Shown here piece after piece: positions 36,785 to 45,366 of a stretch of DNA of 64,000 nucleotides; the stretch's first letter is position 1, and the number at the start of each line of letters is the position of its first letter. The DNA is from Christensenellales bacterium (GTDB taxonomy: Bacteria > Bacillota > Clostridia > Christensenellales > JBMNTT01), in NCBI GenBank assembly GCA_050945875.1, contig JBMNTT010000007.1:7701-71700 (forward strand), in the 5' to 3' direction. Below the pieces are notes generated by a model. It saw nothing but the letters and a program-made list of their open reading frames with translations, had not been told where the DNA came from and did no database searches. Both the position numbers and the translations under genes were made by a program.

Positions 36785-38842
36785 TCAGGCTTCCTTGATC
36801 ATGGATTTGCAGCCCAGGTAGGTGGCCAGGAAGTACCCGCCGTAGATGCCCACCAGGATCAGCGCCGTGAACAGCGAGCTGGCGCCGATGTCCACATGGC
36901 CGAACAGGCCGATCAGCTGGTTGAACAGGGGCAGACTGACCGCGGCGTGGATCACCGCCAGGATCAGCGGCAGGATGAAGTACACGGCGATCTGGAAGAA
37001 CAGGGCGTGGCTCATCATCCGGGGCTCGACGCCCAGCTTACCCAGCAGGCGGTAGCGGGGCACGTTGTCGCTGGCCTCGGAGAGCTGCTGCAGGGCCAGG
37101 ACCGCCGCGCTGGCGATGAGAAAGACGATGCCGATGTACAGCCCGACGAAGGACACCGAGGCGCCCAGGCCCGCGCTGGTCTCATAGATGGACTGGTGAC
37201 TGATGGCCTGGATGTTCAGGTCGTGGCTGCGGCTGAGCCCGGAGAGCTGCTCGGCGTAGCCCTCCAGCCGCGCGTCCATGGCCCGCAGGTCCCGGCTGGT
37301 GTAGGTGCAGTTGAGGATGCTGGATACCTCGGGCAGATTCTCGGCCACCGCGTCGGGCACCACCAGCAGGAAGTCCGAGGAGTCGATGACCTGATCCTCA
37401 AGCTGATCGTACAGCAGGCCGCAGTCCTGCTTGAGGGTCAACTCCGTGCCGGCCAGGGTGATCGTTTGGGCCCGATCGGTGTAACTGGCCAGCCCGTCGC
37501 GCATCATCGAGAGGTTGGAGATGGCGGCGAACTGCTTCGGGCCCATCTCCAGGGGCTGCTCCCCGCGCATCTGGCGCAGGCGGTTGAGGTCGCTCAGGCT
37601 GATGACCAGCACCGGGTTCTTCTCATAGGTGGAGGCGGTCAGCCCGGTCATGCTGTTCTCGTCGATCATCGGCCGCAGGTAGTCGCCCAGCATCTCCATG
37701 TAGGTGACCTGGCTGCTGCGCATGTAAATCTGCGCGGTGTCGCTGAACAGCTCGGCCATGGGCAGGCCAGCCACCTCCTCGAGGGTTGCGTGCAGGTCGC
37801 GCTCCTGGTCGGTCAGGGTGTCGCCGTTGTGCCCGTTGGAGGCGAAGACCGTGAAGGTCACGTCGTAGGGGGCGGTGCGGTCGGCGTTGGTGCGCAGGGC
37901 GTTGTTGAACCCCGCGCCGCAGGACAGCGCCCCCAGGGTGATCAGCAGCATCAGGCAGATGATCGTCATGGAGATAAAGTTGGTGTTGATCTTGCTGGAG
38001 AGCTGGCGCAGGGTGAACATGTTCAGCCCCCGGTAGTAGATTCGCCGGCTGCTCTTGATGACCCGCAGCAGGAAACCCGACAGCGAGAAGAAGATGCCCA
38101 AGGTGCCGATCACGCCGACGAGCAGCATCAGCCAGAAGATCGGGCTGACGATGTTCAGCTGGGTGATATACAGCATTTTGTAGGCCGCCAGCAGCACCGC
38201 GACCGACAGGATGAACAGGATCACCGAGGCCAACAGACTCTTCAGGTGGGCTTTCTCGTTGCGCTTGCCGCCGTAGATCAGGTCGATCAGCTTGCAGCGG
38301 GAAACCGTGCGGTAGTTGAACACCATCACCAGCAGGAAGATGACGCCGAAGTAGATCAGGGTCTTGATCACCGCGCCCTGGGAGATGACGAAGTGAAAAT
38401 CGCGGATCGCCACGTCGAAGATCCGCGCGGTGAACACCGCCATGCCCTGGGCCAGGAACAGGCCGATGCTCAGGCCGACCGCCAGGGCGAGCACGCCGAT
38501 CAGCGCGGTCTCCAGCACCAAGAGGCCGGAGATGCGGCTCTGGGGCATGCCCAGGGTCATGTAGATGCCCAGCTCCTTCTTGCGCCGCTTGATCATGAAC
38601 TTGTTGGCGTAGAGCACCAGGAAGGCCAGGATGATCGACACGAACACCGACACGACCTCCACCAGCACCGACATGACAACCATGGAGGACTCCATGCTGG
38701 AGGTGATCTCCATCATGGTCTGCTGGGCGTCCAGGGAGTTGAACACGTAGAAGATGCACACGCCGAAGGCCAGGGTCATGAAGTAGACCGCGTAGTCGCG
38801 CATGCTCTTAAAGACGTTGCGCGCAACCAGTTTAGAAAACAT
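36785..38842 (-). CDS. BceB-type ABC transporter permease (FtsX-like, 10 TM with a large extracellular domain)
   Basis: 685 aa. Two FtsX-like 4-TM bundles separated by a ~200-aa soluble domain. Lies directly downstream of the BceA-like ATPase with an 11-nt overlap. Confidence 0.85.
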   Translation of the reverse strand: MFSKLVARNVFKSMRDYAVYFMTLAFGVCIFYVFNSLDAQQTMMEITSSMESSMVVMSVLVEVVSVFVSIILAFLVLYANKFMIKRRKKELGIYMTLGMPQSRISGLLVLETALIGVLALAVGLSIGLFLAQGMAVFTARIFDVAIRDFHFVISQGAVIKTLIYFGVIFLLVMVFNYRTVSRCKLIDLIYGGKRNEKAHLKSLLASVILFILSVAVLLAAYKMLYITQLNIVSPIFWLMLLVGVIGTLGIFFSLSGFLLRVIKSSRRIYYRGLNMFTLRQLSSKINTNFISMTIICLMLLITLGALSCGAGFNNALRTNADRTAPYDVTFTVFASNGHNGDTLTDQERDLHATLEEVAGLPMAELFSDTAQIYMRSSQVTYMEMLGDYLRPMIDENSMTGLTASTYEKNPVLVISLSDLNRLRQMRGEQPLEMGPKQFAAISNLSMMRDGLASYTDRAQTITLAGTELTLKQDCGLLYDQLEDQVIDSSDFLLVVPDAVAENLPEVSSILNCTYTSRDLRAMDARLEGYAEQLSGLSRSHDLNIQAISHQSIYETSAGLGASVSFVGLYIGIVFLIASAAVLALQQLSEASDNVPRYRLLGKLGVEPRMMSHALFFQIAVYFILPLILAVIHAAVSLPLFNQLIGLFGHVDIGASSLFTALILVGIYGGYFLATYLGCKSMIKEA

Positions 38843-39599
38843 GGTTCATGTCACCTCCCAGCAGCGTGACCACCTCGATGATCCGGTCGAAGAAGGCCTT
38901 GCGGCTGTCCTCGCCCCGGAGGATCTCGTTGAAGATACGCCCGTCCTTGATGAACAGGATCCGATGGCAGTAGCTGGCGGCGAAGGCGTCATGGGTAACC
39001 ATCAGGATGGTGGCGTTCAGGTCCCGGTTGAGGGACTCGAAGCTCTCCAGCAGCATGCGGCTGCTCTTGGAGTCCAGCGCGCCGGTGGGCTCGTCGGCCA
39101 GTACCAGCGAGGGGTTGGTGACGATGGCGCGGGCGCAGGCCACCCGCTGCTTCTGGCCGCCCGAGAGCTGGTAGGGATATTTCTTCAGGATGTCGGCCAC
39201 CTGCAGCTGCGCGGCCACCTGGCGCACCCGGATGTCGATCTGTTTGGGCGGGGTCTTGGTGATCGACAGGGCCAGGGCGATGTTCTCAAAGGCGGTCAGG
39301 GTGTCGAGCAGGTTGAAATCCTGGAACACGAAGCCCAGCTGCTCCCGGCGGAAGCGGGCGAGCTGGCGGTTGTTCAGGCCGGTGATGTCCCTCCCGCCGA
39401 TCAGGATATGCCCGGCGGTGACGCTGTCAATGGTGGAGATGCAGTTGAGCAGGGTGGTTTTGCCGCTGCCCGACGCGCCCATGATGCCGATATACTCCCC
39501 CTGGTCCACGGCGAAGCTGATGTCGTCGATCGCCTTGGTCAGGTTACCCTTGTTGCCATAGTATTTTTCGACATGCGCTACTTGCAGAATGTTTTCCAT
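38832..39599 (-). CDS. BceA-type ABC transporter ATP-binding protein
   Basis: ORF 38832-39659 trimmed to ATG 39597-39599 (AAGGAGGG upstream). Walker A GASGSGKTT, signature LSGGQKQR, Walker B LVLADEPT. Confidence 0.9.
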   Translation of the reverse strand: MENILQVAHVEKYYGNKGNLTKAIDDISFAVDQGEYIGIMGASGSGKTTLLNCISTIDSVTAGHILIGGRDITGLNNRQLARFRREQLGFVFQDFNLLDTLTAFENIALALSITKTPPKQIDIRVRQVAAQLQVADILKKYPYQLSGGQKQRVACARAIVTNPSLVLADEPTGALDSKSSRMLLESFESLNRDLNATILMVTHDAFAASYCHRILFIKDGRIFNEILRGEDSRKAFFDRIIEVVTLLGGDMNHVF

Positions 39600-39679
39600 G
39601 TCGCACCCTCCTTGTGTTTCGTTGCCCTGAGGATACCATGGCGGGTCGGATGCTGCCATGGATTTTCATGACAGCAAGG

Positions 39680-39693
39680 TGACAATCCTGTAA
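39680..39693 (-). promoter_or_regulatory. Candidate BceR-type response-regulator binding site upstream of the ABC genes
   Basis: Minus strand TTACA-GGAT-TGTCA. It resembles the TNACA-N4-TGTAA inverted repeat that I recall being reported for BceR-like regulators. It lies about 80 nt upstream of the ATPase ATG. Confidence 0.35.
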
Positions 39694-39695
39694 GG

Positions 39696-40718
39696 TTAGT
39701 CCTCCCGGCGCAGCAGCAGCCGGTTGGGATCCCGGGGAAACTGGAAGATCACCCGGGTGCCCTCGCCCAGGCGGGAGGTCACCCCAAAGCCCAACCCCAG
39801 CCGGTCGCAGAGCTTCCTGCACAGGTACAGGCCCATGCCGGTGCTGCGGCCGTACTTGCGGCCGTTCTCGCCGGTGAAGCCCTTCTCGCACACCCGGGGC
39901 AGGTCCTTCGGGTCGATGCCGATGCCGTTGTCGGCGATCACCAAAGTGACAAAGGCCGAGTCCGAGTGGGCCCGGATGGTGATCTTGGGCCGCTCGCCGC
40001 GGTATTTGAGCGCGTTCTGCAGCACCTGGCCCAGGATGAAATCCATCCACTTGCCGTCGGTATAGACCATCTCGCCGCTGGGCTGGATGTCCAGGGCCAC
40101 CTTGCCGGCGATGAAATCCCGGCTCAGCCGCCGCACGGCCGAGCGCACCAGCTCGTCCAGGGAGGCCTCGCGGATGCGGTAGTCCTTCTCCACCGCGTCG
40201 GAGCGGGCGTAGAACAGGGCCTGCTCCACAAAACCCTCGATGCGCGATAGGTTTTGGGAGAAGCTCTCGCCCACCTGGCCGGGGTGATTCTCCAGCGCTA
40301 GGCGCGCCGAGGCGATGGGGGTCTTGATCTCGTGCACCCAGCTCTCCACGTACTCGCGGTAGTCGGCGCTGGCCTGGCGGTACTGGGCCACGTGGTCGTT
40401 CATGGACTTGTCCACCGCCTGCAGGGTGTCATAGAGGAAGGCGCCCTCGAAGAAATCCGGCCGGCGCACCAACTCGCTGAGCAGGTACTTGCGCTCCAGC
40501 TGGTCCAGTGCCTGCTGCACCTGGCGGTAGTAGGCTCGGCGCTTGAGGTAGTCCGCGCCGAGGGTGCACGCCCGCACCAGCACCCACAGCCCGATGGCGA
40601 ACCCCACGGCGTACGACCCCACCCCCGACACCGACAGCACCAGGTAGCTGAAAAACAGGCAGAAGGCTTCCACAAACAGCGAGAATACCCGATCCCGCAG
40701 ATATTGGTACAGCGTCAT
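39696..40718 (-). CDS. BceS-type intramembrane-sensing histidine kinase
   Basis: ORF 39696-40844 trimmed to ATG 40716-40718 (ATGA overlap with the regulator's stop). Two N-terminal TM helices with almost no extracellular loop. H-box HEIKTPIAS, HATPase_c motifs NALKY, DNGIGI, GMGLYL. Confidence 0.85.
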   Translation of the reverse strand: MTLYQYLRDRVFSLFVEAFCLFFSYLVLSVSGVGSYAVGFAIGLWVLVRACTLGADYLKRRAYYRQVQQALDQLERKYLLSELVRRPDFFEGAFLYDTLQAVDKSMNDHVAQYRQASADYREYVESWVHEIKTPIASARLALENHPGQVGESFSQNLSRIEGFVEQALFYARSDAVEKDYRIREASLDELVRSAVRRLSRDFIAGKVALDIQPSGEMVYTDGKWMDFILGQVLQNALKYRGERPKITIRAHSDSAFVTLVIADNGIGIDPKDLPRVCEKGFTGENGRKYGRSTGMGLYLCRKLCDRLGLGFGVTSRLGEGTRVIFQFPRDPNRLLLRRED

Positions 40719-41380
40719 ATCCGATACCCCTGTCCTCTCTTGGTGATGAGAAAGTTTTCGATGCCGATGCGCTCGAGCTTCTTGCGCAGGCGGTTGATGT
40801 TGACCGTCAGGGTGTTGTCGTCGATGAACTGGTCCGACTGCCACAGGTGATTCATGATCTCGTCCCGGGAGAAGATGCGCCCGGGTTGACCCATCATCAG
40901 CTGCAGGATGCCCAACTCATTTCTTGTCAGCTCGCACTCGCGCCCCTGGTAGCTCACCCGGCCCTGGCTGACCAGCAAGGTGACGTCCCGATGGACCATG
41001 CGGTCGGCGGTGGCCGCCGCGTAGCTGCGCCGCAACAGCGAGGCGATGCGCGCCAGCAGAATCTGGGGGTTGTAGGGTTTGGCGATAAAGTCGTCCGCCC
41101 CGAGGTTCATGCCCATCAGCTCGTCGGTCTGGCTGTCCCGGCTGGTGACGATGATGATCGGCACATCCGACCCCTTGCGCACCTGGCGGCACAGGTGATA
41201 CCCGTCGAAGTAGGGCAGGTTGATATCCAGCAGCACCAGGTGCGGGTCCGCCTGGAGAATGACCTGGTCCAGGCGGGGGTAGTCGTCGCTGGTCTGACAG
41301 GTGTAATCATATTTTTCCAGCAGGCAGATCAGCTCCTGCCGGATCGACGGATCATCTTCCACCACGAATATGCGCCACAT
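40715..41380 (-). CDS. OmpR-family response regulator (BceR-type)
   Basis: 221 aa. Receiver domain (VVEDD ... LLDINLP ... IAKP) plus winged-helix C-terminus (LTRNELGILQLM ... TLTVNINRLRKKL). Confidence 0.9.
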   Translation of the reverse strand: MWRIFVVEDDPSIRQELICLLEKYDYTCQTSDDYPRLDQVILQADPHLVLLDINLPYFDGYHLCRQVRKGSDVPIIIVTSRDSQTDELMGMNLGADDFIAKPYNPQILLARIASLLRRSYAAATADRMVHRDVTLLVSQGRVSYQGRECELTRNELGILQLMMGQPGRIFSRDEIMNHLWQSDQFIDDNTLTVNINRLRKKLERIGIENFLITKRGQGYRI

Positions 41381-41480
41381 GGATCAATCCCTCCTTATTC
41401 TAGGGGGTATTATACCCGCTCGTCCGCCGAAGCGCAAAATTCTGTGGTATACTATCCCCATCAAGAAGGAGGCGACGCCG

Positions 41481-42230
41481 ATGAAGCTGATCTCATGGAA
41501 CGTCAACGGCCTGCGGGCCTGCCTGAACAAAGGATTTTTGGAGTTCTTCCACCAGCAGGACGCGGATGTGATCTGCCTGCAGGAGACCAAGGCCCAGCCC
41601 GACCAGGTGACCCTGGACCTGCCGGGCTACCGGCAGTACTGGAACAGCGCGATCAAGAAGGGCTACTCGGGCACGGCGGTGTTCTCCCGGATCGAGCCGC
41701 TCAGCGTGCGCTACGGCCTGGGGATTGCCGAGCACGACCAGGAGGGCCGGGTCATCACCCTGGAATTCGCGGATTTCTACCTGGTGACGGTTTACACCCC
41801 CAACGCCCAGCGGGACCTGGCGCGCATCGATTACCGGGAGCAGTGGGAGGAGGCCTTCCGCGCCTACCTGGTGGCCCTGGATCAGGACAAGCCCGTGGTG
41901 GTCTGCGGGGATATGAACGTCGCCCGTTCGCCCATGGACCTGAAGAACGACAAGGCCAACGAGGGCAACGCCGGGTACTCGCCCCAGGAGCGGGAGAAGA
42001 TGCGCCTGCTGCTGCAGGCCGGTTTCGTGGATACCTTCCGCGCCCTGCACCCGGATACCATCGCCTATACCTGGTGGAGCTACATGTTCCACGCCCGGGA
42101 GAAGAACTCCGGGTGGCGCATCGACTATTTCCTGGCCTCGCAGCGGATGATGGATCGGGTGGAGGACAGCCTGATTCTGGGGGATGTGATGGGCAGCGAC
42201 CACTGCCCGGTGGCGCTGCTGCTGCGCTGA
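41481..42230 (+). CDS. xth: Exodeoxyribonuclease III
   Basis: ORF 41370-42230 trimmed to ATG 41481 (AAGGAGG upstream). MKLISWNVNGLRA, CLQETK, GDMNV, SDHCPV. Confidence 0.9.
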   Translation: MKLISWNVNGLRACLNKGFLEFFHQQDADVICLQETKAQPDQVTLDLPGYRQYWNSAIKKGYSGTAVFSRIEPLSVRYGLGIAEHDQEGRVITLEFADFYLVTVYTPNAQRDLARIDYREQWEEAFRAYLVALDQDKPVVVCGDMNVARSPMDLKNDKANEGNAGYSPQEREKMRLLLQAGFVDTFRALHPDTIAYTWWSYMFHAREKNSGWRIDYFLASQRMMDRVEDSLILGDVMGSDHCPVALLLR

Positions 42231-42267
42231 GGGCGGCGCTTGCGCCGCGGACCGGTCAAATCTTTTG

Positions 42268-42295
42268 TTGACAGGTCGGAGGAAAATGTTATAAT
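42268..42295 (+). promoter_or_regulatory. Near-consensus promoter of lipoprotein paralog 1
   Basis: TTGACA (42268-42273), 16-nt spacer ending in TGT, TATAAT (42290-42295). Confidence 0.65.
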
Positions 42296-42335
42296 GAGCT
42301 TGGGATTCCATGAGAAAAAATGGGAGGGAACGGAC

Positions 42336-42845
42336 ATGTGGAAAAAGATTCTTGCGGGCGTGCTTTTGGCGGCGATGGCAGTTGTGACGGTCGGTTGCGC
42401 AAAGGAGAACGCGGTCTCCTTTGAGCAGCAGACCCTGCCGGGCGGTGAGTTCGATATGTCGGTTTTGTTGACCAAGGAGGACGTCAAGACCGTGACCGGG
42501 ATCGACGTCAACGACCCGGTTATCAGCTCTCAGGGCGTGGATATGAACCTGAAGGCCGTCGAGGGCAGCGGCTTTATCCGCGTCGGTTCCCGCAAATATG
42601 GAAAGGACAGCGTCAAGCAGTATTATGACCGCGAGCTCAAGGTGGCCCAGGGCAACAACCCCGAGGAGCTCACCCTGGATAACAACCAGGAGGCCTTCTA
42701 TGACCGCGTCAACGGCCTGGTGTTCTACTACGGCGAGCGGCTGATCTCGGTGTCCGCGCTGAACATGAAGGTCGACCAGGACCAGCTGGTTCAGCTGGGC
42801 AACTGCGTCATCAAGAACTACACCGCCGCGGGCTTGGAGAACTGA
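42336..42845 (+). CDS. Lipoprotein of unknown family, paralog 1
   Basis: ORF 42240-42845 trimmed to ATG 42336 (GGGAGGG upstream). Signal peptide plus lipobox MWKKILAGVLLAAMAVVTVGC. 169 aa. No domain I recognise. Confidence 0.75.
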   Translation: MWKKILAGVLLAAMAVVTVGCAKENAVSFEQQTLPGGEFDMSVLLTKEDVKTVTGIDVNDPVISSQGVDMNLKAVEGSGFIRVGSRKYGKDSVKQYYDRELKVAQGNNPEELTLDNNQEAFYDRVNGLVFYYGERLISVSALNMKVDQDQLVQLGNCVIKNYTAAGLEN

Positions 42846-42925
42846 CCCGGCGGAAAACTGGAAATGATGAAATTTTTGTGAACATTGCCTTGCCCCGAGC
42901 GCGCGGGTCCGTCGGGGCGGGCGAC

Positions 42926-42964
42926 ACGGAACGGTCGGAGGGTTTCTCCGGCCGTTCTGTTTTT
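42926..42964 (+). terminator. Rho-independent terminator after lipoprotein paralog 1
   Basis: 15-bp stem ACGGAACGGTCGGAG / CTCCGGCCGTTCTGT (two G-U pairs), loop GGTTT, then TTTT. Confidence 0.8.
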
Positions 42965-43091
42965 CAAGAGCTAAACAAAACTGTACAATTTATATAAAGA
43001 AAATCGCAAAAAACATACGAACTATACATATCCCAGCGGGCAGCGCGCACGCGCCGAAAAAAGTTCAAAATGTAAGCGCTTTATCGACTAC

Positions 43092-43120
43092 TTGACAGTC
43101 CCCCGGCGGGTTATTATAAT
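43092..43120 (+). promoter_or_regulatory. Consensus promoter of lipoprotein paralog 2
   Basis: TTGACA (43092-43097), 17-nt spacer, TATAAT (43115-43120). Confidence 0.7.
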
Positions 43121-43187
43121 GATTTCATAAGAACTCCCCCGTCGGGTATGCGGAGGAGAGAGAAAACTGCATAAAGGGGAATTTGAC

Positions 43188-43709
43188 ATGAAGAAGATGA
43201 AGCGAGTTCTGGGACTGGTTCTGGTTGCCGTTATGGCGATTGCCGCGGTGGGTTGCGCTTCCGAGACGCGCGTGAGCTTTGAGCAGCAGCAGTTGGCCGG
43301 CGCTGAGTTCGACCTGACCAAGCTGTTGTCCAAGGAGGACGCCGAGGCGGTGATTGGCAAGCCTTTCCAGGATCCCGTCATCAACACCAACGGCGTGGAT
43401 ATGGTCATCAAGGCCCAGGAGGGCTCCGCGTTCCTGCAGCTGTCCACCCGCAAGAACGGCAACTCCGCCTTGAAGGCTTACTATGACAAGGATTACCAGA
43501 GCGCTGACCGTCCTGAGGATGTCACCCTGACCGGCGACGCCGAGGCTTTCGTGTCCCGCACCAGCGGCATCAACTTCTACGCTGGCGAGCGCAACTTCGT
43601 GCTGACCTACATTGGCGGCAGCGTCACGACCGATCAGTACGTTGAGTTGGCCAACAAGATCATCGAGAACTACACGGCCGCTGGCCTGGAGGCCGACTCG
43701 GCTTCGTAA
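43188..43709 (+). CDS. Lipoprotein of unknown family, paralog 2
   Basis: 173 aa. Lipobox MKKMKRVLGLVLVAVMAIAAVGC. Alignable over its full length with paralog 1 (VSFEQQxLxGxEFD, LLxKED, DPVIxxxGVDMxxKAxEGSxF, YYD, NYTAAGLE). Confidence 0.8.
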   Translation: MKKMKRVLGLVLVAVMAIAAVGCASETRVSFEQQQLAGAEFDLTKLLSKEDAEAVIGKPFQDPVINTNGVDMVIKAQEGSAFLQLSTRKNGNSALKAYYDKDYQSADRPEDVTLTGDAEAFVSRTSGINFYAGERNFVLTYIGGSVTTDQYVELANKIIENYTAAGLEADSAS

Positions 43710-43732
43710 AGTTCGTTCAACTGCGCATCGGT

Positions 43733-43769
43733 GGGGGATTGCCAACCCGGCAATCCCCCTGCTTATTTC
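43733..43769 (+). terminator. Hairpin / weak terminator after lipoprotein paralog 2
   Basis: GGGGGATTGCC-AACCC-GGCAATCCCCC followed by TGCTTATTT. Confidence 0.55.
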
Positions 43770-43790
43770 ACGGATTGAGGAGGCGGGATC

Positions 43791-44357
43791 ATGGTGCATC
43801 GCGTGCGCGCTGGGGCGCTGGCCCTGGCGCTGTGCCTGTTGCTGACCGGGTGTGATCGCGTGGTCAGCGGCATCAAATCGGCCATGGGGACCGATGGCGC
43901 GTTGCCAGCGGCCTCCCCGAGCGCCGCGGCCGCCCAGGTGGACCTAAAAAAATGCCTGCTGGCCGAGGACGTCGCCGCCATGACGCCGCTGCCCTTCTCC
44001 GCCGCCGAGGACGAGGCGGGATACGACGCGGTGGTGATGCGCCAAACCGGGGAGCAGGCCCGGGGCGAGATCCGTCTGGAGCGCAGGACCTTTGCCAGCG
44101 GTCAGGAGGCGCTAAGGTATCTGGACCTGTACTACGCCCGCAGCGGCGCTCCCATCGGGCTGACGGTCAACGGCTCGCCCTCGGCCTTCCTGGACCAGGA
44201 CACCGGCACCTGCTATGTGGTCAAGGACCACCTGGTGTTGATCCTGCGGGTGACGGGCGTGCAGGGCGCGACCGCTGAAACCCTAGCCGCCCTGTGCGTG
44301 CGCATCCTGGGCAACTATGAGCTTGAGCAGCGATTGCTGCCCACCCCCGCCGCCTGA
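43791..44357 (+). CDS. Lipoprotein of unknown family, divergent paralog 3
   Basis: 188 aa. Lipobox ALALCLLLTGC; GAGGAGG SD. Keeps the block order of paralogs 1 and 2 (LLAEDV ... YY ... AFLD ... ILGNYELE) but is much more diverged. Confidence 0.7.
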   Translation: MVHRVRAGALALALCLLLTGCDRVVSGIKSAMGTDGALPAASPSAAAAQVDLKKCLLAEDVAAMTPLPFSAAEDEAGYDAVVMRQTGEQARGEIRLERRTFASGQEALRYLDLYYARSGAPIGLTVNGSPSAFLDQDTGTCYVVKDHLVLILRVTGVQGATAETLAALCVRILGNYELEQRLLPTPAA

Positions 44358-44365
44358 CTTCCCCC

Positions 44366-44402
44366 GCAAAAAAGCCGCCCCGGATCGGGGCGGCTTTTTT
44401 GC
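44366..44402. terminator. Bidirectional rho-independent terminator
   Basis: GCAAAAAA-GCCGCCCCG-GAT-CGGGGCGGC-TTTTTTGC. Confidence 0.9.
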
Positions 44403-44453
44403 GGATAGATTTTCCTGGGGCCCGGCGGCCCCATCTCAAGCTTTGCCGGGAAC

Positions 44454-45260
44454 TCATCGCTCGGTCAGGCCGAAGAAGTCCAGGGCCTCGCAGATGTGCG
44501 CATCCCAGAAAGGCCACTCGTGGGCCCCGGGATACTCCCGGTAGGTGTAGTCGAAGGGGTTGCCCGTTTTTCCAGCCAGATAGTCCCGGGTGGCGCGGCA
44601 GTTCTCCAGGCCGCCGTCCTCGGTGCCCACGCAGTGGAAGATGCGGGGGACGGGCTGGCCCTTGGCGAGTAGTTGATCGGCCAGGTGGAACAGGTCGTGC
44701 TCGCCGCCCATCAAGCTGCCCAGGTCGTCGCCGAAGACGTTGGTCAGCCGCCGATAGTTGGGCGAATTCGGCGCGCCGGCGAAGCGCGTGATGCCCTGGA
44801 CGAAATTGCCCGCCGAGAAGCAGGCGATGCCGGCATAGTTCTCCGGCCGGGACAGACCGATCTTCATCGATCCATAGCCGCCCATGGAGAGCCCGGCGAT
44901 AAAATTATCCTCCCGGGCCTCGGACAGGGGGAAGAAGCGCCGGCAGATGCGGGGCAGCTCGTCGGCGATGTGGGTAAAGTAGGCCCCGCCGCGGGCCATG
45001 TCGGTGTAGAAGGACAGATGGCCGTTGGGCATGATCACCGCGATACCCCGGGAGGCGACGTAGCGCTCGATACTGGTGCGCCGCTGCCAGGTGGTGTGGT
45101 CGTCGCTGGCGCCGTGCAGCAGCCAAAGGGTCTTGAACTTGCCATCGCTGGCCACGCCCTCCATACCCACCTGGCCGTGGGTCTCTTCGGGCAGGATGAC
45201 GTCCATCTGCATGGACATGCCCAGCGCCTGGGCGAAATAGTTGACGTGCATCAAAGCCAT
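44454..45260 (-). CDS. Esterase family alpha/beta hydrolase (tributyrin esterase / esterase-D-like)
   Basis: ORF 44454-45320 trimmed to ATG 45258-45260. 268 aa. WLLHGASDDH and nucleophile elbow GLSMGGYG. Confidence 0.75.
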   Translation of the reverse strand: MALMHVNYFAQALGMSMQMDVILPEETHGQVGMEGVASDGKFKTLWLLHGASDDHTTWQRRTSIERYVASRGIAVIMPNGHLSFYTDMARGGAYFTHIADELPRICRRFFPLSEAREDNFIAGLSMGGYGSMKIGLSRPENYAGIACFSAGNFVQGITRFAGAPNSPNYRRLTNVFGDDLGSLMGGEHDLFHLADQLLAKGQPVPRIFHCVGTEDGGLENCRATRDYLAGKTGNPFDYTYREYPGAHEWPFWDAHICEALDFFGLTER

Positions 45261-45366
45261 GGGAATCCCATCCTTTCCGCTTTTTATTTGAGTATAAAAC
45301 GAGCCCACCGTGCCTGTCAAGAAAAAAGGACCGCTCCAATTTGGAGCGGTCCTTTTGCGGCGACGC

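Noticed and set aside
35825-38869. 1014-aa plus-strand ORF, the third longest in the track
   Set aside because: It runs antisense across the GT4 gene, an AT-rich intergenic region and the BceB-like gene. The translation is dominated by G/D/H/Q/V/A runs, and there is no SD.
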